This document shows positions 36,314 through 46,636 of a stretch of 64,000 nt of DNA, piece by piece (the stretch's first letter is position 1; each line of letters begins with the position of its first letter). The notes beneath the pieces are model-generated. The model had not been told where the DNA came from. It saw only the letters and a program-made list of their open reading frames with translations, and did not search any database. Location: contig CAVCGK010000002.1 in assembly GCA_963601795.1 (NCBI GenBank), positions 90,788 to 154,787 of the forward strand, written 5' to 3'. The position numbers were made by a program, and so were the translations under genes. Origin of the DNA: a bacterium. GTDB lineage: Bacteria > Bacteroidota > Bacteroidia > Bacteroidales > Bacteroidaceae.

Positions 36314-38038
36314 ATGCATTTCAAGTGGACCTACAGCCAACCGACACCTTCTGCTCAACAAACAGCAAAAGACCTTAGCGAGAAAATAGGAATGAGCCCC
36401 ATATTGACGAGGCTCCTTGTGGCGCGTGGCATTACCACAGAGAGTGCGGCAAAGAGATTCTTCCGCCCACAACTGGCTGACCTCATCAACCCTTTCCTCA
36501 TGAAAGACATGGATGTGGCAGTAGACAGACTCAACGATGCCATAGGAAGGAAAGAACGCATAATGGTATACGGTGACTACGATGTGGACGGATGCACCGC
36601 CGTGGCATTGGTATACAAATTCCTGCAACAGTTTTATTCCAACATAGAATACTATATCCCCGACCGCTATGACGAGGGATATGGCGTCAGCACAAAGGGT
36701 GTGGACTATGCGGCAGAGAAGGGAGTGAAACTCATTATCATACTCGACTGCGGCATTAAGGCTATCGACGAGATAGCGTATGCAAAGGAAAAGGGCATCG
36801 ACTTCATTATCTGCGACCACCATGTGCCAGATGAGGTGATGCCTGACGCGGTGGCCATCCTCAACCCGAAACGTCCTGACGACTCTTACCCTTTCAAGAA
36901 CCTGTGCGGATGTGGCGTGGGCTTCAAACTCATGCAGGCTTTTGCCAAGAGCAACAACATTCCGTTCTCACGACTTATCCCCCTACTCGACTTCTGTGCC
37001 GTCAGTATAGCTGCCGACATCGTGCCAGTGACCGACGAAAACCGCATACTGGCTTATCACGGTCTGAAACAGCTCAACCAGAATCCTAACATTGGTCTAA
37101 AGGCAATTATCGATGTGTGCGGATTGCAGGGAAGGGACATTTCCATGTCGGACATCATCTTTAAGATTGGTCCGCGCATAAATGCATCGGGACGAATGGA
37201 GAACGGTAAGATGAGCGTGGAACTGCTGGTAGAGAAAGACTATGTGTCGGCTCTTCAGGAGGCAAGACGCATCGACGAATATAACGAGCAGCGACGTGAC
37301 ATAGACAAGCAGATGACGGAAGAGGCAAACCAGATTGTGTCGCGCCTTGAGAGTCAGAAGCACCATTCATCGATAGTACTCTATGACGAGAACTGGAAAA
37401 AGGGTGTCATTGGCATTGTGGCATCACGCCTGACTGAAATATATTTCCGCCCAACGGTAGTGATATGCCGTGACGGAGACCTCGCTACCGGTTCGGCACG
37501 AAGCGTGACAGGATTTGACATCTATGCCGCAGTGAAGTCATGCCGCGACATTCTCATCAACTTCGGAGGACATACCTATGCATCGGGACTGACTCTGAAA
37601 TGGGAGGACGTGCCTGAATTCCGCCGTCGATTTAATGAATATGTGGATGCAAACATCCTGCCGGAACAGACAGAACCGATACTGAATATCGATGAGCAGA
37701 TAGACTTCAAGGACATCACGAAACGTCTGCATAACGACTTGAAACGTTTCGCTCCATTCGGGCCTTGCAATCCCAAACCAGTGTTCAGTACAAAAAATGT
37801 CTACGACTACGGCACGAGCAAGGTGGTGGGACGCGAGCAGGAGCATATCAAACTGGAACTTGTGGACTCCAAGTCAAGTAATGTCATCAACGGCATAGCC
37901 TTCGGGCAGAGCGCCGTGGCAAAATACATCAAGTCAAAAAGGAGCTTCAGCATAGCTTATACAATAGAGGAGAATATCTACAAACGTGGCAACATGCAGC
38001 TCCAGATTGAAGATATACGCCTCGAAGAAAATGTATAG
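36314..38038 (+). CDS. recJ: ssDNA exonuclease RecJ
   Basis: YGDYDVDG, DHH, GSARS, FGGH. Confidence 0.96.
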   Translation: MHFKWTYSQPTPSAQQTAKDLSEKIGMSPILTRLLVARGITTESAAKRFFRPQLADLINPFLMKDMDVAVDRLNDAIGRKERIMVYGDYDVDGCTAVALVYKFLQQFYSNIEYYIPDRYDEGYGVSTKGVDYAAEKGVKLIIILDCGIKAIDEIAYAKEKGIDFIICDHHVPDEVMPDAVAILNPKRPDDSYPFKNLCGCGVGFKLMQAFAKSNNIPFSRLIPLLDFCAVSIAADIVPVTDENRILAYHGLKQLNQNPNIGLKAIIDVCGLQGRDISMSDIIFKIGPRINASGRMENGKMSVELLVEKDYVSALQEARRIDEYNEQRRDIDKQMTEEANQIVSRLESQKHHSSIVLYDENWKKGVIGIVASRLTEIYFRPTVVICRDGDLATGSARSVTGFDIYAAVKSCRDILINFGGHTYASGLTLKWEDVPEFRRRFNEYVDANILPEQTEPILNIDEQIDFKDITKRLHNDLKRFAPFGPCNPKPVFSTKNVYDYGTSKVVGREQEHIKLELVDSKSSNVINGIAFGQSAVAKYIKSKRSFSIAYTIEENIYKRGNMQLQIEDIRLEENV

Positions 38039-39929
38039 GCAAATCCTAAAACAATATTGGGGCTATGATAACTTCCGTGGCATACAGGAAGAAATCATAG
38101 AAAGCATCGGCAACAATCGCGACACTCTCGGACTGATGCCGACGGGAGGTGGCAAGTCCATAACCTTTCAGGTGCCTGCACTTGCCAAGGAGGGCATATG
38201 CATTGTCGTCACGCCTCTTATAGCCTTAATGAAAGACCAGGTGAACCATCTGCGTCAGAAGGGCATACTTGCGGCCGCAATATATTCGGGCATGTCGCAC
38301 AGGGAGATAGTGACAACGCTAGACAACTGCCTTTACGGTGACTACAAACTACTATACGTATCACCAGAAAGACTCTCCACCCCACTCTTCCAAAGTAAAC
38401 TCTACTATATGAACGTGAGTTTCATCACTGTGGATGAAGCCCACTGTGTGAGCCAATGGGGCTACGACTTCCGTCCGTCATATCTTACCATAGGTGACAT
38501 AAGGAAGATAAAGCCTGACGTGGCAATCCTTGCCCTGACTGCTACGGCAACTCCTGATGTAGTGGATGACATTCAGGAGAAGCTCGGTTTTAGAGAGAAG
38601 AATGTCTTCAAGATGAGTTTTGAGCGCAAGAACCTTACTTATGTAGTGCGCGAAACTGCCGACCGTGATGCAGAGATAATACATATCCTCAATTCTGTGC
38701 CGGGTACTGCCATCGTCTACACACGTAGTCGCAAGGGCACAAAGGACATTAGCAAACTGCTTAACGACAATAATATCAACGCCACCTACTATCATGCGGG
38801 ACTGGAATCTGCCGTGCGCGACCAGCGACAACAGCAATGGCAAAACGATGAGGTAAGGGTGATGGTTGCCACCAACGCATTCGGTATGGGTATCGACAAG
38901 CCTGACGTGAGGATGGTGATACACAAAGAATGCCCCGATTCGCTTGAGGCATATTTCCAAGAAGCAGGAAGAGCCGGACGCGACGGTAAGCATGCTTGGT
39001 CAGTATTGCTACACAATGGCCACGACGACCACAAGATGTATAAACGCATCGTGGATACTTATCCTGACAAGGAGTTTATTAGAAACGTGTATGAGCATTT
39101 GGCTTACTTCTTTCAGATAGGTATGGGATATGGCGTCGACAAGTCTTTCGCATTCGATCTTGAGCGTTTCTGCCTAGTCTACAAGATGTTTCCTGTCACG
39201 GTGAACTCTGCTTTGCAGATTCTTGACAATGCCGGATATATAGAATATGACATCAATCCTGAGAACAATGCCCGACTGAAATTTCTTCTTGACAGGTCAG
39301 AACTGGATATTCTGAAGAATCTAACCCCAAACGAGGACAATGTCATAACGACCATACTGCGTCTTTATGGAGGCGTATTCGTGGACTATGTTTACATCGA
39401 CGAATCCATCATTGCATACCATGCAGGACTGGAACAGAATGCTGTATACCTGATTCTTAAAACTCTCAGCAAGCAGCACATCATACATTTCATTCCGCAA
39501 CGCAAGATGCCACGCATCACTTATCTACGCGACAGGGTAGAGATGAAGCATGTGGCTATTTCCAAGGAGGTGTATGAATATAGACGTGCCTCGATGGAAG
39601 AGAAAATAAACGCAGTGGTGAAGTATGTCAACAACAATACTGAATGCCGTAGCCGTCAGTTGCTTCGCTACTTCGGTGAGGATATATCGCATGATTGCGA
39701 ACGCTGCGACGTGTGTGTTGATAATAACGGGAAAACAGGAAAGGACTCTATCGACAAGGCTATAGAAAGATTAAAGCAACTACTATCCGACAATAATTGG
39801 CATGAACTGCAGGAGATAAACGAACTGACAATTCCTGAGAAGATTCTCGATGCTGCTATAGACAGGATGATAGAGGAAGAGGAACTTGCGGTGAAAGCCA
39901 ACAAGATAAAGCTACAGAAAGGTAAGTAA
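38031..39929 (+). CDS. recQ: RecQ family ATP-dependent DNA helicase
   Basis: MPTGGGKS, DEAH, QEAGRAGRDG, RQC zinc Cys; start ATG 38031 overlapping recJ end. Confidence 0.93.
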   Translation: MYRQILKQYWGYDNFRGIQEEIIESIGNNRDTLGLMPTGGGKSITFQVPALAKEGICIVVTPLIALMKDQVNHLRQKGILAAAIYSGMSHREIVTTLDNCLYGDYKLLYVSPERLSTPLFQSKLYYMNVSFITVDEAHCVSQWGYDFRPSYLTIGDIRKIKPDVAILALTATATPDVVDDIQEKLGFREKNVFKMSFERKNLTYVVRETADRDAEIIHILNSVPGTAIVYTRSRKGTKDISKLLNDNNINATYYHAGLESAVRDQRQQQWQNDEVRVMVATNAFGMGIDKPDVRMVIHKECPDSLEAYFQEAGRAGRDGKHAWSVLLHNGHDDHKMYKRIVDTYPDKEFIRNVYEHLAYFFQIGMGYGVDKSFAFDLERFCLVYKMFPVTVNSALQILDNAGYIEYDINPENNARLKFLLDRSELDILKNLTPNEDNVITTILRLYGGVFVDYVYIDESIIAYHAGLEQNAVYLILKTLSKQHIIHFIPQRKMPRITYLRDRVEMKHVAISKEVYEYRRASMEEKINAVVKYVNNNTECRSRQLLRYFGEDISHDCERCDVCVDNNGKTGKDSIDKAIERLKQLLSDNNWHELQEINELTIPEKILDAAIDRMIEEEELAVKANKIKLQKGK

Positions 39930-39984
39930 CTTTAGGACGCAAAGTGCCCCCGCTTTACCATAAGCAAGTTGTCAATGGTAACAA

Positions 39985-40011
39985 TAGTAGTTGACGTGTC
40001 ATCAAGTCAAC
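39985..40011 (+). repeat. REP-like hairpin, subtype B
   Basis: TAGTA-GTTGACGTG-TCAT-CAAGTCAAC. Confidence 0.7.
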
Positions 40012-40079
40012 CTCACAAATAGTTATAAGAGCTATAACTTTAGAGAAAGGGGTGCTTTGATACACCCTCAATTAAAACA

Positions 40080-40121
40080 AACAATAAAGCCCTGTTCCTT
40101 TCGGTTCAGGGCTTTATTGTT
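40080..40121. terminator. Bidirectional terminator between recQ and ppiD
   Basis: AACAATAAAGCCCTG / CAGGGCTTTATTGTT arms. Confidence 0.85.
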
Positions 40122-40169
40122 TGTTATAGGTAAGTACTTAAAGTTCCCACCTTTTATATTAACTGCTTC

Positions 40170-42311
40170 TTAGAAGAAGAGATAACGGTTGTCTACAACC
40201 TTTGCGTTTATGTAAAGCTCATTCATGAAGTTGCCTGCAGCCTGCATGGTCTTCTGACGGAGCTTAGCCTGCTGAGCCTTTGCATCATACTTAGCAGGAC
40301 GTGTAGTGCGGTTGAGCACCTTGTAAACATACACACCTGCGTTGCCTACTACTGGCTTAGCAGAGAATGCACCCTTGGCAGTAGCTGACACAGCACCTGC
40401 AAGACCAGCCTCGCTCGATCCTGTTGTAGGAATGAATACTGGAGAAGAGAATGTAATCTGGTTTACTGTAGAAACCTTCGCACCCTTAGACTTAGCCTGA
40501 GCAGTAGTCTTCACACCTTCAGCCTTAGCAAGCATCATCTCGCCCTTCTTGTCCTTCAGCACCTCAGCCTTCACAGCCTCACGCACCTGAGCGTCAGAGA
40601 GGTCACGATAGCCAATCTTATGAATCTTGTCGAGGACAACAACGAGCAGATGGTCGTTGTCACCACACTCATACATTGTTGAAACAGCACCTTCCTTTGC
40701 ATCGAATACCCACTTGAGAGCCTCACGTGTAGAACGGATACCAGCAAGATTGTGTGAAGATGTAGAAATATCTTTACGCTCCTGGAGTGTATAGCCACTC
40801 TTCTGAGCGTTCTTTGCGATATCGTCAGCAGTCTGGTTTGCGCTAACGAAAGAAGAGAACTTATTGTAAGCAGCAGAGTAAGTGTTGCGTGAGAAGTCGA
40901 TAGTCTTCTTTATCACAGCAGCCTGATACTTGTTTACGAAAGCCTTCTTGTCAACAACCTGTACGATGAGGTTACCCTGATCGAGTGTGATGTTCTTTGT
41001 CTCGCCTACTGCCATAGTGTTAAGGCTCTGGATGTAGCTCTTTGTATACATATCCATAGAAGTGGTGTTCTGATACTGAGCTGTTGTCATCCATGACTTC
41101 TCGCCTGTCTGGCCATATTTCTTTGCTATAACCTCAAAGTCAGCACCACCTACAATAGCAGAGTAGATGGAGTCTGCTGTCTTATGAGCTGCCTCGGCTG
41201 TCTCAGCACCTACTTGGATAACACGGAACTGTACTGAGTCTGGCAATGACTGCTTTGAAACAAGCTTAATGATGTTGAGAGAGTTGTCATTCTTTGACTC
41301 AAACACTGCAGATGTCTGACCTACTGCCATAGAGTCAACCTTAGCTGCGATATCAAATGGGAATGCCTTGCTTGTTACAGGAACGCCAAGGTAAGCCACG
41401 AGTGATGTGCTCTTACGAACTAAGTCTGTTGGATCAGCTGTAGCAGCGAGCTCTGTAGCATACTCAGCAAACTGCTTCTGCAATGCAGAACGGTCAGCAG
41501 CTGATGGCTCTACCTTAACATCAACATACTTGATGTCGCGTGTCTCTGCATACTGACGGAACATAGGCTTCATTTCGTCATACTTCTTCTTCAGGTCAGA
41601 CTCTTCAATCTTAACCTTTGAATCCTCAATGTCTGAGTATGGGAAAGCAGCAAGCTCTATCTGACTCTCTTCATTCTCTTCCTTGAAAGAAGCCTTAGCC
41701 TCTACAGAGTTTGAGAGAAGGCTGTGAGCGAAGAGGCTCTGATACTTCTGTGCCAACACCTGCTGACGGAGGGTCTTCTCGAGGAATGTCCAGTAGCGGT
41801 AGATAGACTGATACTGCTGAGCAAGCTGTGGATTGGCAGTCTGCTGTGACTTGTATTCAGCGAGGAACTTCTTCAGCTGGTTAACATCAAAGCGACCTGT
41901 CTGCTGGTTGATGAATGGGCTCTGTGAGAGGATAGGATTTGTACCCTCTGTGAGGATGTTCTGCATCTCGCCATCGGTAACAACGAGACCGAGCTTCTCT
42001 GCCTCAGCGCCGATAATAGTTGTCTGAACATATGTGTTCCACACCATGTCCTTAACCTGATTGAGCTGGTCCTCTGACAGGTTCTCCTGTCCCTGCTGCA
42101 GCTTGATCACCTCCTGATACTCGTCAACGAGTTTCTGGAATTCCTGCACGTCAATCTTTTCGCCAAGCACCTTACCAATCTGCTGACGCTGATCATTACG
42201 AGTAGACTCGCAAGAACGGAAAAGTTCCTCCGAGATGAATGCGAAAAGAGCCAAGCCTATGATGATGGCAAGAATCTTTCCCTTACTTCTGATTTTTCCT
42301 AATGTAGCCAT
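40170..42311 (-). CDS. ppiD: PpiD/SurA-like periplasmic chaperone, peptidyl-prolyl isomerase
   Basis: MATLGKIRSKG start with TM anchor, parvulin-like ADSI...GADFEVIAKKY, DNRYLFF end. Confidence 0.85.
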   Translation of the reverse strand: MATLGKIRSKGKILAIIIGLALFAFISEELFRSCESTRNDQRQQIGKVLGEKIDVQEFQKLVDEYQEVIKLQQGQENLSEDQLNQVKDMVWNTYVQTTIIGAEAEKLGLVVTDGEMQNILTEGTNPILSQSPFINQQTGRFDVNQLKKFLAEYKSQQTANPQLAQQYQSIYRYWTFLEKTLRQQVLAQKYQSLFAHSLLSNSVEAKASFKEENEESQIELAAFPYSDIEDSKVKIEESDLKKKYDEMKPMFRQYAETRDIKYVDVKVEPSAADRSALQKQFAEYATELAATADPTDLVRKSTSLVAYLGVPVTSKAFPFDIAAKVDSMAVGQTSAVFESKNDNSLNIIKLVSKQSLPDSVQFRVIQVGAETAEAAHKTADSIYSAIVGGADFEVIAKKYGQTGEKSWMTTAQYQNTTSMDMYTKSYIQSLNTMAVGETKNITLDQGNLIVQVVDKKAFVNKYQAAVIKKTIDFSRNTYSAAYNKFSSFVSANQTADDIAKNAQKSGYTLQERKDISTSSHNLAGIRSTREALKWVFDAKEGAVSTMYECGDNDHLLVVVLDKIHKIGYRDLSDAQVREAVKAEVLKDKKGEMMLAKAEGVKTTAQAKSKGAKVSTVNQITFSSPVFIPTTGSSEAGLAGAVSATAKGAFSAKPVVGNAGVYVYKVLNRTTRPAKYDAKAQQAKLRQKTMQAAGNFMNELYINAKVVDNRYLFF

Positions 42312-42465
42312 TTGGTTTTTATATTTATTATTTTTATTTGTTTCTTCACACCAAAGTATCTTACCCAACGGATGACATGTCGAGGCACATCAAGTTGTGT
42401 ACAAAAAGCGTACAAAGATACTAAAAAAGTGGCAAACGTCACCTATATAAATAGAAAAAGTGGCT

Positions 42466-43722
42466 TTAACCAGCCACTTTTAGTTTTACAAGTTCTATTT
42501 TTGCATTCGTACGCTTCAAAATTCTGAATTCAAAGTGTTGTATCTTCACCACCTCATTCACCTGCGGGAAACTTTGATTGTAATGGAGTATGAGTCCGCC
42601 CACAGTCATATAATCGCCCTCTGGCAGATCAAGATCAAACATCTCGTTGACATTGTCTATCTCCATACGTGCCGACAGAAGATACTCATTATCTGCCGTC
42701 TGCTGGGCTATTAGATTTGACGAATCATGCTCGTCTTCTATCTCTCCGAATATTTCCTCAACGATATCTTCAAGGGCAACAATACCGCCTGTGCCACCAA
42801 ACTCGTCAACGACAACACCAAGACTTTTCTTCTGTTGCATAAACAGTTGCATAAGCTTTTGTGCTGCCATAGATTCGGGCACAAATGGCATTGTTATGAT
42901 GCGCTCACGCCAGTTGTCGGCATCGCGAAACATCTCCGAACTGTGGATATAACCGACGACATGGTCAATGTCGCCCTTATAGACAATTAACTTGGAGTGA
43001 CCAGTCTCTATGAACTTCTGTTTTAGTTCATCGAGAGTGCAGTCGTCAATATTTACTGCCTGCACTTCAGTGCGCGGTATCATGCAGTCACGCACCTTCG
43101 TGTCAGAGAAGTCAAGTACATTCTGAAAAAGTTCCATCTCAGGTTCTATCTCCTCCTCATCAGCATGATCGATGCTGCTCTGCACAAGATAGTCGAGGTC
43201 TACTTTCGAGAATTCTTCCCCACCCTCTTCTTTCTTAACCTTCACACCGACAATGCGCAACAGGCATCGTGAGAGGAACGTGGAGAAACGGCTTATTGGC
43301 CACAATATGATGTATATGAAGAACGTAGGAATGGCAAAAAACGAGAGCCACATGTTCGGCGCACTCTTGAACAAGGTCTTCGGAATAAATTCGCCCGTGA
43401 AGAGTACTATAAGTGTAGACAGAATAGTGTCGGCGGGAACAGTGAAACTCGGATCAAAACCACTGAAGATGGTATTGTCAAACAACTTTGCTATAAGGAT
43501 ACCGTAGATGACAAGCACGATATTATTGCCCACAAGCATGGTGGCAACAAAGTCGTTGGCATGGTTATAGAAGAAATTGACAATCCTCTTGACGGGTCCG
43601 TTATTGTCTTTCTCCACCTCAGCAAGCATTCTGTTGCTTGCCACAAAAGCTATCTCCATACCTGAGAAGTAGGCGGAGAAAAGCATTGTAAGAATTATAC
43701 CTATAATCAAACCTGTCTGCAT
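42466..43722 (-). CDS. Hemolysin-family / CNNM-CBS-CorC protein
   Basis: SAYFSGMEIAF, GEFIPK, VVDEFGG, LEDIVEEIFGEIEDEHD. Confidence 0.92.
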   Translation of the reverse strand: MQTGLIIGIILTMLFSAYFSGMEIAFVASNRMLAEVEKDNNGPVKRIVNFFYNHANDFVATMLVGNNIVLVIYGILIAKLFDNTIFSGFDPSFTVPADTILSTLIVLFTGEFIPKTLFKSAPNMWLSFFAIPTFFIYIILWPISRFSTFLSRCLLRIVGVKVKKEEGGEEFSKVDLDYLVQSSIDHADEEEIEPEMELFQNVLDFSDTKVRDCMIPRTEVQAVNIDDCTLDELKQKFIETGHSKLIVYKGDIDHVVGYIHSSEMFRDADNWRERIITMPFVPESMAAQKLMQLFMQQKKSLGVVVDEFGGTGGIVALEDIVEEIFGEIEDEHDSSNLIAQQTADNEYLLSARMEIDNVNEMFDLDLPEGDYMTVGGLILHYNQSFPQVNEVVKIQHFEFRILKRTNAKIELVKLKVAG

Positions 43723-43725
43723 GTG

Positions 43726-44367
43726 TTATCTCTTTGCCCTTGGCTTTTCGGCTGGACGCACAGGCGGTTTAATAGTATCGCCAGGCTGGTTGGAAGTATT
43801 CTCATCCTCACTTCCAACTATATCCGTCCGCTCAAACGAACCTTTGCTGTTTGACACATAATATTTCCTCATATTCTCATCACTACGGAAATATTTTCCC
43901 TCAAGTGTACGCTCAGGTGTCTCCAGATAAGAATATTTGTTGGAATAGTATTCGTGTTTGTTCTGATCCCAAAAGAGTTCTTCGCCTTGAAACTTCAAGC
44001 CGTCCTTGGTGTTGATGCGCACATGACCTCGAAGCTCGAAGATTCTAAGTTCGTCATAACGATAAGCCGTGTCACACTGAATGTATGACTGCACATGAAA
44101 CTTTTCGTCAAACTGTGTCAGGAACACACCTTTGTCGAATATAGTCTTCTTGGGATTGACATTTTGGTTAACTGCTGTGCGCTCAGACACAATGCGATAT
44201 TTTATCACACCGGAATCACTTATGAGCATATTGATGCCATAGGTGGTCATCATCGCCACAGAGTCGCGCTCCCTTACGGCAGGAGCAACATGCTCTTTCT
44301 GTTCTGAGCAAGCAAACATCAGAACAGAAAGAGCAAAGTAAAATATGTATAGTCTACTTGCTTTCAA
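43726..44367 (-). CDS. lptC: LPS export ABC transporter periplasmic protein LptC
   Basis: ISDSGVIKYRI, EELFWDQ; usual Bacteroidetes position upstream of hemolysin/ppiD; TTG start. Confidence 0.75.
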   Translation of the reverse strand: MKASRLYIFYFALSVLMFACSEQKEHVAPAVRERDSVAMMTTYGINMLISDSGVIKYRIVSERTAVNQNVNPKKTIFDKGVFLTQFDEKFHVQSYIQCDTAYRYDELRIFELRGHVRINTKDGLKFQGEELFWDQNKHEYYSNKYSYLETPERTLEGKYFRSDENMRKYYVSNSKGSFERTDIVGSEDENTSNQPGDTIKPPVRPAEKPRAKR

Positions 44368-44370
44368 GCG

Positions 44371-45690
44371 TTATTCAACCTGCCATTTAGCGAACCAACG
44401 TTCATTAAATGTGAATCCGATATTGATTCTGAACGTGTTTTCCTTTATAAGGTTCGCTGCATCAAGGCGGGTCCATGATGCCGATATATTCAACATAGAG
44501 CGGTTGTTGTAGCCGTTCATGATAGGCAATCCAACACCGACACTCACACCATATTCCTTAGGGCCATCCGCACCGTTTATCTTCAGATAAGGTGTGGCAT
44601 AGGTAACACCTGCACGATAGCGCACATGGTCTCTTCTCTTGAGTCCCTTCTCGTTAGGACAGAACTCTGCACCGAGGATATAACGCTGACGGTCGGAGAA
44701 AACTCCCGATTGCATCTCATATGAAGGTTTGTTGTTGACAACCTGATACTGAGGATACTTCACACTACCCCACTTTTCCATCTTCCAATCGAATCCCACA
44801 CGCCATTTACCGGAGTGATTCCATACGAAACCTGCACCAAAGGCTGTAGGCAACACAAGATTGGAACTTGGTTTATATGATGCGGTATCTGCCAAATTGG
44901 TTTGATTGTTGACAGAGATAATAGTGCACTCTGGGTCTGAACTCATGCCATGACCTGGAGTATAAGTAGCACCGATTGTCAGCACATCTTTCTTTGACAA
45001 TCTCTGCTCCAGCTGTGCTGCGAAGTCGAGCTTGTAGCTTTTCACCGAAGCAGTGTAATACTTGGAAAGAGTATTCACATAAGAATCGCTATAGCTGTTT
45101 TCTATCGCACGGCTATAGTTACCCCACATGTAAGAGGCATTTACACCAACAGAGAGGCTCGTATTTGCTGTATGCAACGGTTCCACACCTACACCAACGA
45201 ACAGTTGATGGAAACCACCTGAACCAGAATAGGCATTATACGACACCGTCTTGGAGTCACTGGTAGTGGTAGACTGACCTATCGTAGTGTGATTGGAATA
45301 GCTATAACCGACATTAGAGTAAGGCATCACACCGAACGCCACACCCACATGTCTGAAAGCACGGAAAGCACCTATCACATAGTCAAAACTTGTGTTTTGT
45401 GCATTCAGTTTATTGTTGCCTTCCTTGAAGTTCGTTATCTGTGCGGATATACCTGCATCAAAGATAAAAGTTATGGAGTCGAGAGCTGAGTAGGAAGCAG
45501 GGTTGCCGAAGTTTACGGCATTGCCTTCACGTCTACCCAATGACAAACCGCTCATTGCCACAGAAGCACCATTCGACTGGTCGGCAAGAGTTCCATATCC
45601 ATACTGGCTATAGGGGGAATTTGTAGCATTCTGTGCATGCACACCTAATGCAGACATTGCCAGAATGGCAGAAAACAGTATTTTCTTCAT
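44371..45690 (-). CDS. Outer membrane beta-barrel protein (FadL-like)
   Basis: NSPYSQYGYG, NPASYS, FNERWF end. Confidence 0.8.
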   Translation of the reverse strand: MKKILFSAILAMSALGVHAQNATNSPYSQYGYGTLADQSNGASVAMSGLSLGRREGNAVNFGNPASYSALDSITFIFDAGISAQITNFKEGNNKLNAQNTSFDYVIGAFRAFRHVGVAFGVMPYSNVGYSYSNHTTIGQSTTTSDSKTVSYNAYSGSGGFHQLFVGVGVEPLHTANTSLSVGVNASYMWGNYSRAIENSYSDSYVNTLSKYYTASVKSYKLDFAAQLEQRLSKKDVLTIGATYTPGHGMSSDPECTIISVNNQTNLADTASYKPSSNLVLPTAFGAGFVWNHSGKWRVGFDWKMEKWGSVKYPQYQVVNNKPSYEMQSGVFSDRQRYILGAEFCPNEKGLKRRDHVRYRAGVTYATPYLKINGADGPKEYGVSVGVGLPIMNGYNNRSMLNISASWTRLDAANLIKENTFRINIGFTFNERWFAKWQVE

Positions 45691-45799
45691 TTATATATCG
45701 GATTCCAATTTGGCTACAAAGGTAGTACTTTCTTTCCATACTGACAACCGACCGTACCAAATATAAGTTTTTTTTAGTAATCTTCCGTCTGATTATCAG

Positions 45800-45835
45800 T
45801 AAAGCCGAACATGAGCAATGTCACGTCCGGCTTTA
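45800..45835 (-). terminator. Probable terminator after rprY
   Basis: TAAAGCCG..CGGCTTTA imperfect hairpin. Confidence 0.55.
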
Positions 45836-45879
45836 ACATTATACGATAAAAACGCTGTCTAAGCAGTGCCTTTAAAGCT

Positions 45880-46578
45880 TTATTCTGCCTCAGGAGCAAT
45901 GAGCTTATATCCCTTACCGTGGATATTGATAATCTCGATCTGAGGATCATCCTTCAGGTGCTTACGCAGTTTGGTGATATACACATCCATAGAGCGTGCA
46001 TTGAAATAGTTGTCGTCTATCCAGATAGTCTTAAGAGCAAAGTCACGCTGCAGAATCTCGTTCGCATGAGAGCAGAGCAATGCCAACAATTCGTTCTCCT
46101 TTGTTGTGAGCTTAGTCTGCTTCTCGCCAATAGAAAGAAGTTGCTTCTGAGTGTCGAATGTAAAGTTGCCTATCTTGTAGAGTGTGCTCTCCTTCACCTT
46201 CTTACCTCTCACACGGCGCAGGATAGCCTCCATACGAAGCACAAGTTCCTCCATAGAGAATGGTTTGGTGATGTAGTCATCAGCTCCCACTTTGAATCCT
46301 TCGAGGACATCATCCTTCAGAGTCTTGGCAGTAAGGAATATGATTGGAATGTCAGCATTAGCCTGACGAATCTCCTGTGCTAGAGTGAAGCCATCTTTCT
46401 TTGGCATCATCACATCGAGAACACAGATGTCATATTTAGTCTTGAGGAACTCTCTGAAACCAACTTCGCCGTCAGGGCAGAGTGTTGTGGAATAGCCTTT
46501 CGCCTGGAGATATTCACGAAGCAGCATGCCCAGATTCTCGTCGTCTTCACAAAGAAGCACTTTCAATGTCTCTTCCAT
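45880..46578 (-). CDS. rprY: OmpR-family response regulator RprY
   Basis: LLCEDDENLG, LDVMMP, GADDYITKPF, RSMDVYITKLRK. Confidence 0.9.
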   Translation of the reverse strand: MEETLKVLLCEDDENLGMLLREYLQAKGYSTTLCPDGEVGFREFLKTKYDICVLDVMMPKKDGFTLAQEIRQANADIPIIFLTAKTLKDDVLEGFKVGADDYITKPFSMEELVLRMEAILRRVRGKKVKESTLYKIGNFTFDTQKQLLSIGEKQTKLTTKENELLALLCSHANEILQRDFALKTIWIDDNYFNARSMDVYITKLRKHLKDDPQIEIINIHGKGYKLIAPEAE

Positions 46579-46636
46579 AATAATGTCAGTTTTAATTTAT
46601 TAATATTGTTATTTATTTCTATTTATAAAATATGTT